NCBI GenBank assembly: GCA_023231475.1 | Contig: JALJEE010001021.1 | Location: forward strand, 1-64,000 | Length of the DNA: 64,000 nt | Direction of reading: 5' to 3' | Source: Seison nebaliae | Taxonomy: Eukaryota | Position numbers and translations under genes: made by a program | Notes under the pieces: generated by a model | Told to the model about the DNA's origin: nothing | Databases searched by the model: none | The model's input: only the letters and a program-made list of their open reading frames with translations | In this document: piece by piece, positions 57,655 to 64,000 of the stretch | Layout of the letters: every line of letters begins with the position of its first letter | Numbering within the stretch: the first letter of the stretch is position 1

Positions 57655-58415
57655 TTCTCATTATTTAATAAGATAAATAAAATTTTATATATATTACGAT
57701 AATGCTCAAGCGGAATATAAGACCTTATACTGGTCTTTCTAGTTCTTCTTTTCTATTTGAATTTCCTAAAATTTCTACTAGTTAATTTTTCATCTGTTCT
57801 AACAGCTTGATACAACTATATGGTTAACGAGACAAGACTATAATATACATTTTTAATTATTATGATTATAATTAATTCATGAAATTAGTTTGGTTTGTAT
57901 GATATGGACATGTCGGTTAACCCCTCAATGAAAAACAAATAATTATTCTAATAAGAATTATATTTGTTACTCAATGATTGGAAATATTTTTATCATGTAA
58001 CGATGAAGAGAATGTTGTAATGTTCAATGATTAAATGGAATAAAAGTAATGAATTATCATTGATTTTATTTATGTTATTTATTAATTAATTTATTTATCA
58101 CTTTTTTTGATTTTATAAAAATATTGAAATTATCAAGTGACTAAATTATTAAGAATTAAAATATTGCATAAATTTGATGACGAATAAATATTCTCAGTAT
58201 TTTATCGATCCGTGTTAAATATGTTCGACCAGAAGAGTGGAAGTGATACGTTAAGATATGTTATATGATATTATGACCGTATGTCTGATAAAGAAGTGAA
58301 TTGGATGATAAATAAAATGAAGTGAAATGATTTGGAATGAATTAGTTTATTTGTTTAATTTTCTATCTTTCATTCTGTTTATATTTGTCTGACCGTAAAT
58401 TGGGTTTGTTTTGTA

Positions 58416-58736
58416 ATGGAACCTGAAATTCCAAAATTTTCATGTTCGAGAGAGAATGTGGGGAAACAGAAATGTTTTATTACAGGCAATTGTGTATTCT
58501 CTTGTCCATGTCCACCAGCAACTAAAGAGGCATTGACGGACAAAGGCAAACACGAATGGTTCCAATATTATACGACGGTCAAATCGAATCCCATTTTCCA
58601 TACGACATCGAACGATTATGGATTGAAAAAACCGACAATTCATACGATGCCTACACGTTTCCATTCGACTCCACATGGTTTCTCAGAGAATTTGTTGAAA
58701 TGTGGAATGCATAAGAATGAAGCCTTCTTACTCTAA
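58416..58736 (+). CDS. Piercer of microtubule wall (PIERCE1/2, C9orf116/C15orf65 family) ciliary protein
   Basis: WFQYY...NPIFHTTSNDYG...PTIHTMPTRFH....FSENLLKCGMHKN matches the family pattern YRTSN..YG...PT.HEMP..F.....FS..L...GM.RN. Single exon. Confidence 0.82.
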   Translation: MEPEIPKFSCSRENVGKQKCFITGNCVFSCPCPPATKEALTDKGKHEWFQYYTTVKSNPIFHTTSNDYGLKKPTIHTMPTRFHSTPHGFSENLLKCGMHKNEAFLL

Positions 58737-58949
58737 CGATGATTGAGAGGTGGGGGAATTAGAAGATTTGTTGATAAAGAAAACCGATGTAATCCCGATA
58801 TAAGAATTTTAATGTTTATTTAATAAATGAATTTCCGTTTTATCATCTCCACCCAACATCTATTGACATTTATCAATAGATATTCGGTAGAGATTGGAAA
58901 TATAGAATAGGCGAAAGGAAAGAATGTTTCGTAAATATTTTTTGTATCG

Positions 58950-60792
58950 ATGATAATCTTTAAATCTCTTATAGTCTTCTTCATCATAACTCAACCAATT
59001 CCATTTCTTTCTGAACAAATAAAAAAGTTTCTTTCATTCCAAGCAATATGGCAACCGGTTGGTGAACGTGCATCTTTACATTCGGAACGACGTGAAAAGA
59101 ATCTTTTTCAATATAATTCCGGTTATTCATATCGAATTGTCTGTTATTTCGCCAATTGGGCTGCAAAACGACGTTCGACTGTTGGAAGATTAATACCAGA
59201 AGATGTTGATCCGTTTCTTTGTACTCACATCAATTTTGCTTTTGCCAAAGTCTCTCCAACCACATTGGAACTCATTCCGTTTGAAGCTGATGATACGGAG
59301 GGATGGAATGGTGGTCCAGTTTGATGATATTATCTCAATTTCCTTTATCAAAATTTTCTCTATAGGGAATGTATGGAAGATTGATTGCATTGAGAAGAAA
59401 GAATATTCAATTGAAGATAATGTTAAGTGTAGGTGGTTGGACGGCGGCGTCGAAAGGTTTCAACGAAGCTTGTCAATCCATCTCAAATTTGTTCATTTTC
59501 CATTAAATTCATTTCAAACACATAAAATTTTTGTTAGGAAGAAATTTGCCAATAATGTTGTGAAATATATTCGGAAATATTCGTTTGATGGATTCGATAT
59601 TGATTGGGAATATCCCGGTGCGAAAGATCGAGGTGCAGCGAAAGGAACTCGAGAGAAATATACAGAAATGGTGAGGGTTTAGTAGTTGTCTTCTATGTCT
59701 CTCCCATATTTCTTCTATGAAGATCTTACGTGAAACATTTAACAAAGATGCTGCAGAGAATGGAAAGAATAAAATTCTTTTAACAACAGCTACAGCGGCG
59801 GCAGAACATCGAATAGAAGAAGGATATGAAGTTGAGAAAATATGCAAGTTCCATCACTTCTTTCTCCAAATATCATATTTTGGTATTAGATATTTCGATT
59901 TTATTAATGTCATGACATATGATTATCATGGTGCTTGGGATGGTGTTACTGGTCATAATAGTCCGTTATTTGGTCGTCCAAATGAGAATGAGAAACATTT
60001 GAATTGGAATATCGTTGGGAAAATTATTGAAAGAGATTTCGTTTTAAATTTTTTCAAATTAGAATTCGTCAATGTTCATTTGGCACGAATTAGGTTGTCC
60101 TCGATCAAAATTGAATATTGGAATTTCCACATATGGAAGAACATTTCAAATTTCGAAGGAAAACTTATCGAAGAGATTTGGTACGAAGGCAAGAGCTGCT
60201 ATGGCTGGTGAACATACCAGTTAAGAATTGATATTGACGTTCCAAAATTCTTTTTTAATTTTCAAAGGAGAATCAGGTGTTTTAGCATATTTTGAGATAT
60301 GTGAGAAATTGAAGAAACCTTCAATGAATATTTATTGGCATCGACAACATGACATCTCTTATGCATTCGATTCACAATATGGATTATGGATCGGTTATGA
60401 TAATATTCGATCAGTTGAAAATAAAGTTAATTTATGAATATAGATTCATTTCATTGATGATTTGTATATAGATGAATTATTTGAAACGAAATGGTTTTGG
60501 AGGTGTGATTATTTGGTCACTCGATTTAGATGATCATACCGGTACCGTTTGTAACGAGGGCAAATTTCCCATCATCTCCACCATCAAACAATCGTTGACA
60601 AATAAATTTATTGATTTCGATTCGTTTCATCTACGTTATCGAAATTTGGATGATCGAGAATTTGATGATTTTTCTTATCGTATCACTCAGAGAAGAAATA
60701 ATGAATTAAGTAATTATCATTCCATTACCTTCACTTTCCAAACTCTCATTACGTTGTCGAGTTTGACGCGAATGTTCCCGCAACTTCTTTAA
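58950..60792 (+). CDS. GH18 chitinase (8 exons), no chitin-binding domain seen
   Basis: Signal peptide, RIVCYFANWA, DPFLCTHINFAFA, LSVGGW, intact catalytic FDGFDIDWEYPG, MTYDYHGAW, LAYFEIC and GGVIIWSLDLDD. Confidence 0.94.
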
Positions 60793-63700
60793 ATGAGAAC
60801 GACATTTCGTATGACGACCATCAATTTTTCGATGGTTCTTATTTTTCCGTTTATCTCGCAAATATTTTAGAAATAATCTCTTCTCCGTATTGACACCTGT
60901 ATTACATGTGATTTGTTGTTTGGTGTTTACATCGGTCAATTTCTCAATTGGAGTAAATAAAACTTTCGAATGAATCTTCTCATTAATCGAATAGAATCGT
61001 CGACTCCAAATTTTTGGTGGAGTAATTGTTGAAGTGACTTGATCGTTATCATTCTCCTCATGTTTCTTATGTGCATTTAATAAAATTAAATGATAATTTG
61101 AGAGTTGTTTATTCATATATTCCAATTCATTAATCTTCGACATACAATTATTTAGAGATTTCTCTAATTCATCAATCTTCATCGTATGTTCACTACAATT
61201 CCCACTAATCGAACATCGCGTAGTACTAATTGGAGGAACTTTCGATGGAGAAGAACATGAGACATTCGTTCTTGTAATATCATCATAATCTTTAATTGAT
61301 GGATTATCTCTAAGATTTATTACAATTTTACTATTCTCATTTCCAAGTGGACATTGTTTCTTTTTATATAAATGAATCAATTTTGAACCTGTGAAGATTG
61401 GGAAGATATATAAAATCTTTTATATCATCAACTAACCGAATATTAACATTAGTGATAATGTTATAGTGACATGTGTGTGTATGAAACATGCGGCCAATGT
61501 TCCATCTGGTCCCCAAATAGTTCTAATTAGTAAACTGAAAGAAAATAAAAGAATGAATAAAGGAAAAATTAGAATAAACGAAGCGGGATAGATGATACAA
61601 GTACAAATGGTTTCATTATAAATGGCAATACCAATTAATCTACTTTCATTCAATAATGATGGTGCTCGACGTACCAAATATGAGAGTCTCGTACCCCATG
61701 CCAATATGATGAATCTAGCTGAAAATAAGAAGATGATTAATGAAAATTGGAGAGTAGAGATCAAACCCAAAAATGCTGAATGATCCCACCAATCTGTTTT
61801 ACATAAATAAGCAATTAAATTATCTGCCGTTTTGACTGAAATTCATCAAATTAATAGAAATAATAAAATGAATGATTGAATTGAACTTTGTTGTCTACTC
61901 GATCTGGCGACGACTGTTCGAATAGCGAGAAAACCAACCACCACTAACACCATCGTCATCAAACGACGCATTAACATCGAATCCGATATTTTTATGGTTC
62001 TTGCTGATTTGATTTGGAATACGACGGAGATCCTCCATGTCTTCAGCATTAGAGCACCATAATAACCGATGAAACCGAGATCTCTTAACAGATAGATGAA
62101 AGTGCAAGTTATGGTGGTTGGATTTAATGCATAAAGAACGATCTACATAATTGCCAGTGGGAAAAAGGAATTGATGAAAGAAATCGAACTTGAGTGTATG
62201 TCAATAATGAACTACATAAGATGATTTGCATCAATAATGGAGACGAACTTTTGATGATCTGATAAATGAAGGAAATGAAAGAAATGAATTTAAAGAAATG
62301 AATGAAAACTCTTTCGCCAGAATATTTAATTAACATGAGGAGGAAGGAGAAAAAGAGGAGGATAGATATAAATCCAGTTGTTGACATACAAATATTACGG
62401 AATACTTTGTTGGCTAATAAGAGACATGTTGTATTATCAGTACAAGTAACACATCCATCTGCACATTTCAAACATTTCAATTCATCGTAATTGTATTGAG
62501 AATGAATACGATTCATCTTGTTCTCATATAATTGTTCAACCGCTTCACCATTATAACTCCATATTGTCTCATTATGCACAAGATTTTTATCAGATAAACT
62601 CGAATTTCGATAAATTAATGGGAAATAGTAGCCGTCTTCACATATACAGGAATATGAACCACGACGAAAACCCAAACCAGATTTGTATTGACAACTCGAT
62701 TTTTTAATACATTTGTTGGTATTCCTAAAAACTTTATCTTCTCCATCACATTGATTGATGTCAACTTTCCTCAAATCGATATCGATTCCACTCGTACCTC
62801 TAGTGAAAGAAGGAGTTTTAAAGAAAGTTAATAAAAATTAAGAAACTTGAAATGATATCGATTATTTGTATAACCGAAAAATGGAATAGTATATGTCATC
62901 ATCCAAATGAATCCGCCACCACAATCAAAATATGGTTTCGACCAATGCCCATCATCATAAGAGACTTCTAAGGAAGATTTCTTTTGAAATGATTTATTTC
63001 GATAATATGATATTGATTGTACATCATGAATCTTTTCCTGGTAATAATCCTTTAATTTGCCAACGGCTTTATTACGTGCATTGGAGAACCAATCGTTGTC
63101 CTCTTCCATATAATTATATTGAGCAGACAAATCTTTTGTTACGATTAAAGTAGAATTATGTCGATAAGCATAAGGACAAAATAATTTCTCATTTCCCGTT
63201 TTACTAGAAATAGGGATAGATAAATTAAATTCATTCTCATCATAACAATTTCCAGCTGCATAAATATTTTCATTCGCATCCACCATTCGTCGTACCATCA
63301 AATAAAAGAGATCAATCCTTTCCATCAATGTCAATTTGAATGGATATCGATTTTTCCAGAAATCGGTGAGAACATTCGCTCGTGTTACAGCCACTTGGGC
63401 TTCACGACGGAAACGTTGAACACCATAATGTGTCTCAAATTCATCACCCAACATCTCATCGGTACCGAGTTTACAATTGTGTTTGTTATCTTCGATTCGT
63501 TTGAGAAGATTGAGAAATTTGCCAATCTTATCGATATATTGTATTGGACCTTCGCGTTCATGAGGTTGTTGAGTTGTATATCGTCGTTTGTGATTGAGAG
63601 TTTTATCTGATAATATTGTGCGGAGTGCATTGAGGACAATAAAAGTGGTTGATGGTTTCATGAGAGAATCATACTGATTCGTATCAACATGACCATGTTG

Positions 63701-63856
63701 TTTATGACGACGAATTTCATTCAGGTAGGTAGAATTGGTGTTAAAGAATATGGCGACACGGTCTTCATACGTCAACGATAATTTGACAAAAAGAAGAATT
63801 ATGAATAGGAATATCAGTTGGCAATTAATGAATTCTTTAATAGGCAATCCTGTCAT
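60706..63856 (-). CDS. GPR158/GPR179-like class C orphan GPCR (8 exons)
   Basis: Signal peptide, Cache-like ectodomain with GHWSKPYFDCGGG.IWMMTY..PFF, IDIDLRKVDINQC, GLGFRRGSYSCIC..GYYFP, C.KCADGC.TC, and a 7TM region with LKTWRISVVF and LNESRLIGIAIYNE. Confidence 0.9.
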
Positions 63857-64000
63857 TAAGGAACATGAATTTGATATTTTGAATTCAACAGGATGAATCG
63901 ATTTAATTGGAACATATCTTCATTCTTCCGCAAAAAACGAAAAAAAAAACAGTTAATTACATTCAAACATTCTATTGAGATATAGGAAAAGGAAAATGAT

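Overview
This is AT-rich, gene-dense eukaryotic (animal) nuclear DNA, not prokaryotic. I can reconstruct about 16 protein-coding genes: AMPK-alpha, QSOX, NSUN5, SANBR/KIAA1841-like, STKLD1-like, a brat-type NHL protein, a DOMON/cytochrome b561 protein, GGT, ELP1, an Alx homeobox gene, Pax6, ERAL1, an orphan, PIERCE1/2, a GH18 chitinase and a GPR158/179-like receptor. There is also one tRNA-Phe, a ~128-bp tandem repeat and three decayed copies of one non-LTR retrotransposon family. The most striking signal is in the splice sites. Of 67 introns I placed by hand using reading frame and protein homology (mostly ~42-72 nt), 62 start GTT, 2 GTC, 2 GTG, 1 is ambiguous (GTT or GTA), and none is an unambiguous GTA; there is no consensus at +4 to +6. 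This inverts the usual animal GTRAG donor and suggests a rewired spliceosome. Other points: Pax6 has no homeodomain and lies tail-to-tail with Alx, and the chitinase and GPR158-like coding sequences overlap by 87 bp on opposite strands. A compact-genome invertebrate (possibly a spiralian) is an inference only. All gene models and counts are manual and unverified by RNA data.
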